64,000 nucleotides of DNA from the human T2T-CHM13v2.0 reference genome, Homo sapiens, in NCBI RefSeq assembly GCF_009914755.1, contig NC_060929.1; one strand, written 5' to 3'. Made by a program: the position numbers and the translations under genes. Shown here piece by piece: positions 54,154-64,000 of the stretch. The stretch's first letter is position 1. The number at the start of each line of letters is the position of its first letter. The notes below the pieces were generated by a model. It was not told where the DNA came from and searched no databases. It saw only the letters and a program-made list of their open reading frames with translations.

Positions 54154-56373
54154 CTTTGACAGCTTGCTATACTTTAATGTATAATACTCAATTCAAGGTA
54201 CGAGACAATTGCATCTAACATTGTTATAAATCAAAGAGACATCAGATCAGTTATCAAGGGCTTCAGAACATCAAGGGCCCCAGTTATGAGCAGCATCTTC
54301 ATACCCTCCATGTTTAACATCTTTACTTTCTGGGTATAATTTAATAAGATCATCAATTTGAAGAATGGTAACTGCAGCTTCTGTTGCAAATTTCAAACTC
54401 TTAACTTTAACTGTGGTTGGTTCAAACACCCCTGCTTGTTTGTTGTGTCTAGGTTTACCATTTCTCAAATCAAGACCAATTCATTTTAGATTTTTACTTT
54501 CTGGGTTAACTTGAGCCTCATTATGAAAAGCCCTTAAACTATGCAACCAGATCTGTGGAGTTCTGGGCAGCATTAACTGTCAGTGAATAACAGGAAGAGG
54601 TCTTGCAGACTCTGCAATAGCAAGCTGTTCCTGAGACTCCATGCTGGTTTCACAGTTTTCGGGGTATATGGAAAAGGCTGCTTCTACAGCATCCCCAACT
54701 AGCATCATGGATTTTGACTCCAAAACTTTCTTCACTATGCAAAGAGCATCATGTAGAGTGCTCCATCTCATCACATACGAAATCATTTGCCCCATGTAAG
54801 ATAATTGATGCAGATGCACAAGCCTTACTGGTTTTGATTAAGATCAGCTCATCATCACAAATTCTCTCCTGTACCACTTCTTCCACCTGTCCCGACACTG
54901 CAGTTTCAAAAGTTTCTTCACCCTTCAAATTGGCCAGGGTTGACAGAACAGTCCCTCCAGAAGTTTCAGCAATGCATTTAAGGTCCCTTTTTAAAGCTCT
55001 TCTAATTGCCATAGCCCCAACCTCTACAAAATACTTTGACACATATCATCAATTCCACCAGCTATTAGAATAATATTGGCATCAGTTGCCAGGATCTTCG
55101 GAATTCTCTCCTTGATAATATCTGATTCTTTCTGTCTAATTTGGTCCAGTTTTTCAGGGTCTGTAATGACCACCTGTACATCAAGTATATTAGTCCATTC
55201 TCACACTGTTATAAAGAACTGCCTAGACTGGGTAATTAGTAAAGGAAAGAGGTTTAATTGACTCACAGTTTTACAGGGCTTGGGAGGTCTCAGGAACTTA
55301 CAATCCTGGCCGAAGAGGAAGGAAACATGTCCTTCACATGGCAGCAGAAAGGAGAAGTGCAGAGGGAGAAGGGAACAGCTCCTTATAAAACCATCAGATC
55401 TTGTCAGAACTCAGTATCATGAGAACAGCATAGAGTCCCTCCCCCAACATATGGGAATTACAATTTGGATTACAATTCAAGATGAGATTTGGGTGGGGAC
55501 ACAGAGCCAGACAATATGGCAAAGCTTCATTTTTGTTTTTTTACAGGCTAGAGTTAAGTCAAGCAATTTCCGCATTAACAATTATTTTGGGCATGCCCTG
55601 GGATCCCACCACACAGCTGAGTGCATACCCACTGATCAGCATACTCTCTATCTGACTTCTCGCATGGGCTTTCAGAATATTAACAGAATTGGCTGGATAG
55701 CGAGGCTGGCCTCTTAATATCTGTGTATGTAGTAACAAGTACAGTATCTGCTACTATATTAGCAAATAAATCACCATTTATTCCAATGATTTTGGAAGAC
55801 ATCCATGTCTCAGTGGAATTAATCAGGCAATCTCTTCCCAGTTCATCTGTGTAGATAATTAAGTTTTAACGGATATAACGCAGGGCTTCGCATTGAGGTA
55901 GTTCCATCTCCAACTTCTTTGTCTTGCAGGTCAGCCAGCTCACAAAGAACTTCAGCTGCAGGATTGTTCTACCTCCGGTAACCTCAGAATGGCTGCACCA
56001 TCATTAGTAATGGTTACATCACCAACATCATCCACCAACATTTTATCCAAGCCAACTGGACCAAGAGAACTTTTCACAGTATTGGCAATTGAAGCTTAAG
56101 CCATAACGTTCTGGGAGCGGACCACCTCCCCAGTGCTGCGGTCTTGGTCCCCGAACACGGACAAAGGCCCCTCCATCTTCAACGCAGGGGTATACGTCGA
56201 CTTCCACTCACACACACCGCGGGCAACCAGTATCATCTCACCTCAGCCAACCAGCGACCAGAGCAGTGATGCGTGGAGCCGACCCGCATGACGCCACAGG
56301 GGCTGCTGGGTAACACCCCTACACCAGCTTCCCAGCTCCCCCAACGCTTGGCCGCAGGACATGGCAGGAAAGC
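54154..56373 (-). pseudogene. TCP1: Processed pseudogene of TCP1 (T-complex protein 1 alpha, CCT1); TCP1P-type, exact locus number not determinable
   Basis: ATG at 56176 reads MEGPLSVFGD..., then [26 protein letters not shown]..., DLQDKEVGDGTTS, KYFVE.GAMA.RR, KVKSLKFATEAA.TIL.IDDLIKL; intronless; about 200-nt 5'UTR; 3'UTR with ATTAAA (54173-54178); TSD tagtgt(a/g)aatttt at 54141-54153 and 56374-56386 beside TTTT/AA; many frameshifts. Confidence 0.96.
55186..55519 (-). mobile_element. Solo THE1-family MaLR LTR (THE1D-like) inside the TCP1 pseudogene
   Basis: gaggtttaattgactcacagtt...ttataaaaccatcagatcttg...ggattacaattcaagatgagatttgggtggggacacagagcc; degenerate 5-bp TSD tcaag/caaag; TCP1 sequence resumes on both sides. 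Confidence 0.9.
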
Positions 56374-56877
56374 TAGTGTGAATTTTTAACTTGGGCAAAA
56401 ATTTGTTTTTGGAGGGCATGGGAGGGAGGAAACTTAGACATTGCAATGCTTCATGGCTCTCCAAAGGACCAGTGTATAAAGAGATGTGCAATGTATCAAC
56501 GTTTTATGGGAGGAGGGAATAAATAGGGGGAAAAAGTCTGAAAGCTCCTTAGGGGGGTAATGATAGAAAAAAAAAGGTTGAGAAACACTGCAATATGGGG
56601 TGCAGTCTGTTTGTTCTCTGAAGTCCTAATGCATTGATTTTCACATCAATTGATTGTACATGTGCTATTTGTTTTGTATTCCCCTCAGTGCATAGTACAT
56701 CAGCATATAACAGTTAATAGTAGTGGTCCCCTGCTTCTGGAATTTATACACAGCAGCTTCCCAGGCCATGGAAGAAATTCCACCTGGATCTGTTTATTTC
56801 CTTCTTGAATAGAAGATGAGATTTTCCCTTCATGTTCTCATCTCCGTCTAAAGTGTTTAAGTTCAAAACTCTCAATT

Positions 56878-56992
56878 CCTGAAGTTGGAGGTTACAGTGC
56901 GCTATGATCACTCCACTGCACTCCAGCGTGGGCAACAGAGTAAGGCTCTGTCTCTAAAAAATAAAAATAAATAAAAAATAGAAAATAAACAT
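56878..56992 (+). mobile_element. 5'-truncated AluJ right-arm fragment
   Basis: ggaggttacagtgcgctatgatc..cactgcactccagc; A-rich tail; TSD aaaactctca(a/g)tt at 56865-56877 and 56993-57005. Confidence 0.9.
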
Positions 56993-57197
56993 AAAACTCT
57001 CAGTTTAGGGTTTAAAAATATTTGATGTTGGTGATCAATAAACTTTATCCATTCTAATATACTTCCTGAAAAGTCAGTCTTTCTTGCCTTTCCCACTTCC
57101 TCTGCGTGTTTCTCTCCAGTTCTCATTAGTTTCCCCATTTCCCCTCTTTCTACCAGCTTTCAGTGTGAGTTAATCTTTCCAATCTGAAAATCTGGCC

Positions 57198-57745
57198 CTG
57201 TAAATTTGCATCTGCTGATTATTGAGATATATCTTTCAGCTTCAAACCCACCTTTCCACATTTGCATTGCGATGCTGGGTCTGGGACTCTTCCAACCATT
57301 GTCTCCCCTTTGCTGGATGTCTCCCAGTTCAGCTCTCCCTAAAGAAGGTACAAAAAGGGATGCTGAGGGTAGGCAGAAGGAAAAGACATGTGTTCCTTGC
57401 TAAGTGGACACTGCTCCCACCAGGTTCACCACAGCAAAGCAGTTCACCTGAGCAGTGGCAGTGGATCTGGCTTCCAATTTTTCCACACTCATAGAACTAG
57501 CTTCATTGTACCCTTTAAAGACACCAGCACTGATGGCCCCATGTTACCTCCAATAGGGGTCTGAGTCCCAACTCTGTTAAGCCCCTTTCCCAAGTACCTA
57601 TTCCAACCACTTCCCTTTGTTCCTCCAGCATTTACTAGATCTGGGTCACCTCCATGCTTCTTTTTTGCCTTTTCAGCTCCCAATTCCTTAAATTCTCTCA
57701 GTTAAAATAACTGCTAAGATTTCTGTTTTTTTGACTAGACTCTAG
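57198..57745. mobile_element. Old ERVL LTR (LTR40/LTR33-like)
   Basis: gatgctgggtctgggactct near start; taaattctctcagttaaaataactg..tttctgttt..tgactagac near end. Confidence 0.5.
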
Positions 57746-57961
57746 GCCCCAAATGCTAATATGCTGCTCTTGGTCCAAGATTTCTCTGATTCTTTGTTTT
57801 TTACTTTGTAAAAACTAGAGGATGAGGGGACACTTGCTTCAGGGTACCTGAGAGAGAAAGCTGATGAGAATGGAAATACACAAAAAGCAGAGTCATACTT
57901 TTGGGATCTAGACCACAGAATTATGTAAATAACTAATAGTATAATATTTCTACTGAATTTC

Positions 57962-58406
57962 TGTACTGGTTGAATTGTGTCCACCAAAACATATGATCAA
58001 GTGATAATCTTTGGTACCTATGAATATGACATTTTTTGGAAATAGGGTCTCTGCAGATGAATCATGTTAAGGTGAGGTCATACTGTATTAGGGTGGGCCC
58101 TAATATAATGACGAGTATTCTCATGACAGGATGGAAATTGAGACACAAGACAGAGGCATATAAAGAGATGGCCATATGACAGTCAAGGCAGAGACTGATT
58201 TCATCTAAAAGCCAAGGAACACCAAGAATTATCAGCAGCCACCAGAAGGTAGGAGAAGGGCAAGGAAGAATCCTCCCTTGGAGCCTTGGGAGAAAGCATG
58301 GCCCTGCCAACAACTTGATTTCAAAACTGTGAGAGAATAAATTTCCATGGTTGGAAGGCACCAACTTTCTGATAATATGTTACATGAGCCATATTAAACT
58401 AATACA
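57962..58406 (+). mobile_element. Solo MaLR LTR (MLT1C-like)
   Basis: TG...CA termini; ttggaaatagggtc, gagagaataaatttc; 5-bp TSD ATTTC at 57957-57961 and 58407-58411. Confidence 0.88.
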
Positions 58407-59549
58407 ATTTCCAACTTCCAAAAAGAAAGAAACATCATTAAAACATTTGTTTCTTATGTATATGTGTGGTTTCAACATGTGTCTGCAAATAAACTACTTT
58501 GTTTAATTTAGGAAACAATTTTCACTTCCACAAGAATGACAGTGAGGATGACAAGGCCTGCCTTTGTCTTGGTTTTGAATGAATGATTCCTAATCATTAT
58601 AAAACTTAAACATAGCTTTTTTTGGTCTAAGCTTTTACAACTTGGCATTATGGACTCTTATGTAATTCCTTAAGCATTAATACTGAAAAGGTACTGAACT
58701 GTTTATTCACAACCCACAGAAACAATATAATGTATTATTTACACCAGGCAGACAGACACAAACTCTTTTTTTATTTTGCCAGTTACTTATATTTCTTTTT
58801 AAACAAATTATCAGAAAAATCACAATTAATATGGCAATGACCTCCTATTACTTTTGCTATTTTCCCTTACCTAATGGACTCTTTTGGCAATAATAAGGCA
58901 AGAAGAATTTTGATCTTAAAAGCCAGAGAGAAGCTATGATCTCAAAGTACTTTGCCATGTTAATTAATGGCAAAACTTTGGGAATTTTCATTTCAGTCCA
59001 AGCAAACTTAAAATATCTAAAAGCCAATTATTTCAATCAGATCCTTAATTAAACTGGGACAAACATGTATCCCACTCAGTATACCTAGGTTATTATGTGG
59101 TCAGTCAACCCAACCCACTTCTTCCTAGCTGTAAATCCACTTGGGTTCTAGTCCTTGTTATAAGTTGACCTGTTGAAACATCGTTGCCTTTTTTCTTCCA
59201 CTAACCTTGCTGATGAGTCTGCTGGAGTGGTAGTGAACAACAACCTTGTCCATGAAGACCATAGCAAAACATCTTTGTCCCGAGCAATATTCTGGGAATG
59301 TGTTTTCATTTAAATGCCTCCATCTTTGCATATTCTCTTTTTCACTTTCATTAAGGCCGTGGCCACAAGCCTGCAAACATTCAAGTAAAAGTCGCAGATG
59401 TCTCAACTCTTTGTCTTCTCAGACTTCCTCTATCTGTCTACCCTCACCCTGGATGTTCTCCAGGCCTCCTAAAAAGGAAGGCAACTCAGCCTTCTTTATG
59501 ATTCTTTATGACACTTTTTTTGTTTTATTCTTTCCTTTTTGTGGGAGGA

Positions 59550-59780
59550 GAAGCATCACAGTGTAGTAACTAAGGGCTTTGAAGAAAAGTGAAAAGATGG
59601 GTTTAAACTTTAGGCTCTACCATTTATTAGTTGTGTGTCCTCAAACAAATTATTGAAACTTCCACAAAACTCATTGCCCTCATTTACAAAATAGAAACAA
59701 GTAATTTATACTTGAGGTTATTTTTGAGGATTAATGAGACAATATATGTAAAGTATTAAGTGCTTTTGATATAATAAGTA
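59550..59780 (+). mobile_element. MIR relic
   Basis: tgggtttaaactttaggctctaccatttattagttgtgtg...tgaggattaatgagacaatatatgtaaagt. Confidence 0.65.
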
Positions 59781-60744
59781 ACAAAGAATTTTTGCACCTG
59801 TCTTCGTTTGCTTGATATTTAGCCATAGTCACATTTATATTAGACTCAAGTAAACTTTGGCACATCCTGTATTTCAGTGGGCCCTAATAGTAAATATCAA
59901 GGCAAATGAACACCCAATTTTGCTCCATCAATTGTAGCATATTCATGCAAGGGCACTGTCAGTATATAGGAAATGAAAGAATTTTTTATGCATGGAACAA
60001 TGAACAATTATAGTAGATTAAATACCAGTTGTTAAAACACACTGTATCTATACAAAAGACAAATGAGAAGGAAAATTAAAACTAAATATATTTAATGAGA
60101 CCCATAGCCATCTTCTGCTCATCTTAGTTGTCAGTGTGTTTTTTATTTTAGTCTGGTTTTTCCTGTAAAGCAGTAAAGATGTTGAATTTTGCTCTGGAAA
60201 TTAAACCAAGAGAGGTAAAATTTTTTTATTCCTCTGAGAAATATTGCAGATTATTGTGTTCCATGAATAGTATAATTACTTTCACAATAACAGAAGACTG
60301 AACAGTCACAGGTGTTGGGTTTTGCATTGCAAAGTGTGGGTGAAGCCATCATTAGCAGCTTTGTTCTCAGTGTCACCAAAAACAGGCATCGCTGTGTGCC
60401 TCATAGTTGCCAATATTCCAGGGTATTCGTAGAGTCAGACTCTCAAACATCTTGAACCAACAATTCCTAGAGGAGGCTACCCATTTTAGAATGTAATTTT
60501 TATCATGCCCTTCTCTCCTTCAGCCACAGACCTGACATGAGCAGCAAGTGTCCAGAACTGCAGGACTCTCCTTGAAAGGCACATCTAGTGATGAGTCTTC
60601 ACTGTCAAATGTCTCTTCCTAACATGTACTTTCTAAGGCTTCCTATACATATTCTAAAATAAGACTGGCTCCTCCTTTATCTATGCCTATCCTCCTTCTT
60701 CTTCCCACAAATCTGCCATGCCTCATGTCCCTTCTGCAGTGATC

Positions 60745-61140
60745 AGAGAGAAGCAGTGGAATCAAGCATGACTTCAGTAGTTTTGATCTGAGCAGATGAA
60801 GGATTAGTTGTCACTAATTTATATGGGGAAGAATGCATAAGAAGCAGGTTTGGAGGTAGGGGATGAAGGCAATCAAAAAAAGGGAGTTTTATTATTATGT
60901 TTGAAACATGTATTATGCATCCATATGAAAATCAAGTGAACAGTTGAATATGAGACTCTAGAGTTCCTGGGAGAGGCCAGGGATAGAGATATACATGTGG
61001 CAGTTGCCAGTATATAGATGGTATTTGAAGCCATGAGATCAGATGCAATGGCCAATGGAGTTAGGATATATGAAAAAGAGAGGACAAATAACTTACTTTT
61101 GCGAAAATTCAACAATAATAAGATGTGAAAGAAATGAGAA
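60745..61140 (-). mobile_element. L2 relic
   Basis: gcagttgaatatgagactctagagttc...tatatagatggtatttgaagccatgaga. Confidence 0.65.
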
Positions 61141-61709
61141 GAAGTAATTAGTGTAAGTTTTTATACAATCTGTTTTCTACTCTTGGCTAAATATGCCAAG
61201 ATTTACTAATCATTTTAATGGGACATGTTTGCCCAATCCCAGTACCATGTTTCACTTATTTGTGAGAAGTAAATGAACCTCTAATAATTTAGCAATCAGA
61301 ATGGAATACAGCAAGTCAGCCATGACAGGAACTGTACAAAGGAAAAAGGGACCAGTGTCCCATGATCTGAATCCCAAAATTTAATCGGATCATTAGACTA
61401 TGTTCCATTATTGTCTTTAAAAAGCAAATAACTTTGTCACTTAAAAATCCCTCTATTTCTGTCTTAATCATTTCAGGTTCCGTTCTCCTAAAAATATACT
61501 TACGAGGCTGAATTATTGAACCTAAATGTAGTAATTTTTATTTATTTCCTACAGATTTTATATTGATGGATTTGACTCATCATTAGTCAAGCAATATATT
61601 TTTTAACCTAAAGCTAAATATTCACTGCATTAACTTTCTTTAGCTTTGTGTTACCACATACAAGAAAATCATACCTTCTGTAGCTATCTATTTCCCTTCC
61701 TCCAGGCAA

Positions 61710-62035
61710 ATTTATTTTTTTTAATTTTTTAAAAAATTTTTTTGTTTTTCTTTGAGATGGAGTCTCACTCTGTTACCCAGACTGGAGGGCAGTGGCACGA
61801 TCTTGGCTCACTGCAACCTCTGCCTCCAGGTTCAAGCAGTTCTCCTGCGTCAGACTCCTGGGTAGCTGGGACTGCAGGCACACTACCATGCCCGTCTAAT
61901 TTTTTTTGTATTTTTAGTAGAGATGGGGTTTTACCCTGTTGGCCAAGCTGGTCTTGAACTCCTGACCTCATGTGATCCACCTGCCTCCGCCTTCAAAATT
62001 GCTGGGATTACAGGCGTGAGCTACTACGCCCAGCC
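61710..62035 (-). mobile_element. Alu (AluS-like)
   Basis: Full dimer with degraded T-rich tail. Confidence 0.93.
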
Positions 62036-62933
62036 TGTTTTGTCCTTAGTAGGAAATAAGACCTATCAAGATTAAACAAACCAACTTGACAGGAAAATGT
62101 TTATTTCAATCAGAAAGGCCAGATAAAAAACCTTGACTGAAACAGTAGTAACTTTAGTTACTTTGTGGCAGGTTTATAATATTTTATTATTTATTCATTA
62201 TTTATTAATTTTTCTCTTAGGTTACACATGCACAATGTAAATTTTAATGTAATTGAAACTTTTATTTCTATGAAAGATTTTATCTTTTAGAAAAAAATAC
62301 AATGTTGATATTTTACAGCTGGGATCTTGAAAGGTAAGGCAATTTACTTCCATCACAGATCAGAGACAGATCCAGATCCCTGAGATCCATTCTGGTGCCT
62401 TTATACACATTTGGGAGTCCCTAGTACCAATTAAAGACCCTAAACAGCCTGAATTTACTAAATTCATAATTTTAACTATAAAATAATTATTTTTCATTTG
62501 CATTTTATAGCTCTGATCTCGTTAGTTACAAAGCTGAAATATGCCGTAAAAATATGTAGTCAATAGGTTCAAAATATTAAAGACCTAAATAAGCTCACAT
62601 GGACATCAGAAACAGCATCATAATTATTGTCTTTACAAAATTAATATCTCCCTCATTTATACAGGAACTGTTGTAAAGACTAAATGCATTAGTTAACAAT
62701 TTTAAAAGTGAAAAAGTTCATTTTCTTGCCATATAAACACATAAATAACATACTTATCTGTTACAATTTGTCAAAGGGTCCTTCCAATCACTGTCAGAAG
62801 TACATTATCTAAGTATTTAGTCTGCTGAATCTAAATATCATTGGCAATAAAAACTGCCCATCTTTTGATTAAAGAAATTGATTTTGCAAAGTGCAATTGG
62901 TCATGGCAAATGATGTGCTTTGTGACCAGCTTT

Positions 62934-63379
62934 TTTTTCTTTTTTTTTAAATTTTATTATTATTATACTTTAAGTTTTAGAGTACATGTGCACAATGTGC
63001 AGGTTTGTTACATATGTATACATGTGCCATGTTGGTGTGCTGCACCCATTAACTCATCATTTAGCATTAGGTATATCTCCTAATGCTATCCCTCCCCCCT
63101 CCCCCGACCCCACAACAGTCCCCGGTGTGTGATGTTCCCCTTCCTGTGTCCATGTGTTCTCACTGTTCAATTCCCACCTATGAGTGAGAACATGCGGTGT
63201 TTGGTTTTTTTGTCCTTGCGATAGTTTACTGAGAATGATGGTTTCCAGCTTCATCCATGTCCCTACAAAGGACATGAACTCATCATTTTTGATGGCTGCA
63301 TAGTATTCCATGGTGTATATGTGCCACATTTTCTTAATCCAGTCTATCGTTGTTGGACATTCACAATAGCAAAGACTTG
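62934..63379 (-). mobile_element. Short L1PA (PA4-like) 3' end with a 20-bp 5' inversion
   Basis: Canonical 3'UTR; perfect TSD TTGTGACCAGCTTT at 62920-62933 and 63377-63390. Confidence 0.95.
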
Positions 63380-64000
63380 TGACCAGCTTTATTGAGAAAT
63401 TTCTATCATCATTCACCTGGCATCTGGCAGAGATCAAACAATATGCCCTAAACACATATTAAAACAAATTTAAAAGCTGAGGAAAGTATTTTAAAAACAA
63501 TTCTAAACAAGTCCCTGAACTAGCAATGACAAAAAATTAACTGAAGGTGGAAACTCCGGATGTTGGTGCATGCCAAAGCCTGATAGTATCTGCTGACACA
63601 CTTCTGTTTTGAAGGATAATAAGAATTCTGGATAAAGAAAATAAAGCCTAGGGTCTACTCAAGGCTTAGAACATTCTAATAAGGGAACTAGACATAAAAC
63701 TGGAGTACCATAGGCTTATACAATCTGTACAACATAAACAAGAAATAAGCTCTCTGTGCAGAAAAAGACAGCAAGGAAACTTGCCTATCTTTATCCTGTG
63801 GTTGAAATGGATAGAATCTTTCCTGAAAACTGATGAATACAAAGACTTCCCTGACAAGTTTTTGTCCCCATATTCAACCTGTCGGGTGGGGTCTCTGGAA
63901 GGTAGGGGAAATGCCCTTAAGTTAGAAATTTAATTTAATGTGGCCAAAGACATCTAGCAGAAGCAATTGAAACTTTGTTCCAAAGAAATGAAATTTCAAC

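Noticed and set aside
54271-55042. Short chaperonin-like ORFs as an expressed TCP1 paralogue
   Set aside because: Frames shift repeatedly, there is an LTR insertion and a 98-nt gap; this is a processed pseudogene.
58945-58982. Hairpin ttgccat-gttaatta-atggcaa as a second MADE element or terminator
   Set aside because: Too short, lacks a recognisable full TIR; could be chance in AT-rich DNA.
63480-64000. Possible ancient L1M 5'-region fragment
   Set aside because: Resemblance too weak to call without an alignment.

Overview
This is AT-rich primate (human-like) intergenic or deep-intronic DNA made largely of interspersed repeats. I found no intact cellular protein-coding gene, RNA gene or CRISPR array. 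Main contents: a full-length but ORF-disrupted L1PA3-type LINE-1 (32888-39074, -), several truncated L1PA/L1PB/L1MA copies, about 10 Alus, several MaLR/ERVL LTRs, MIR/L2/MER relics, and a near full-length processed pseudogene of TCP1 (CCT-alpha; 54154-56373, -) interrupted by a THE1-type LTR. The long ORFs in the track are L1 ORF1/ORF2 fragments, antisense L1/Alu frames or TCP1 fragments. I see no evidence of a new biological system. The most interesting signals are genomic fossils: a TCP1 retrocopy lacking exactly one 98-nt exon, a 153-bp templated copy inserted 1.6 kb from its source next to a large L1 deletion, an L1 3' transduction, two L1s 30.6 kb apart sharing apparently private mutations, two twin-priming 5' inversions, a 173-bp tandem duplication and an open L1 ORF0. 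Repeat subfamily names and consensus comparisons are from memory and need RepeatMasker/Dfam confirmation; old-repeat boundaries are approximate.
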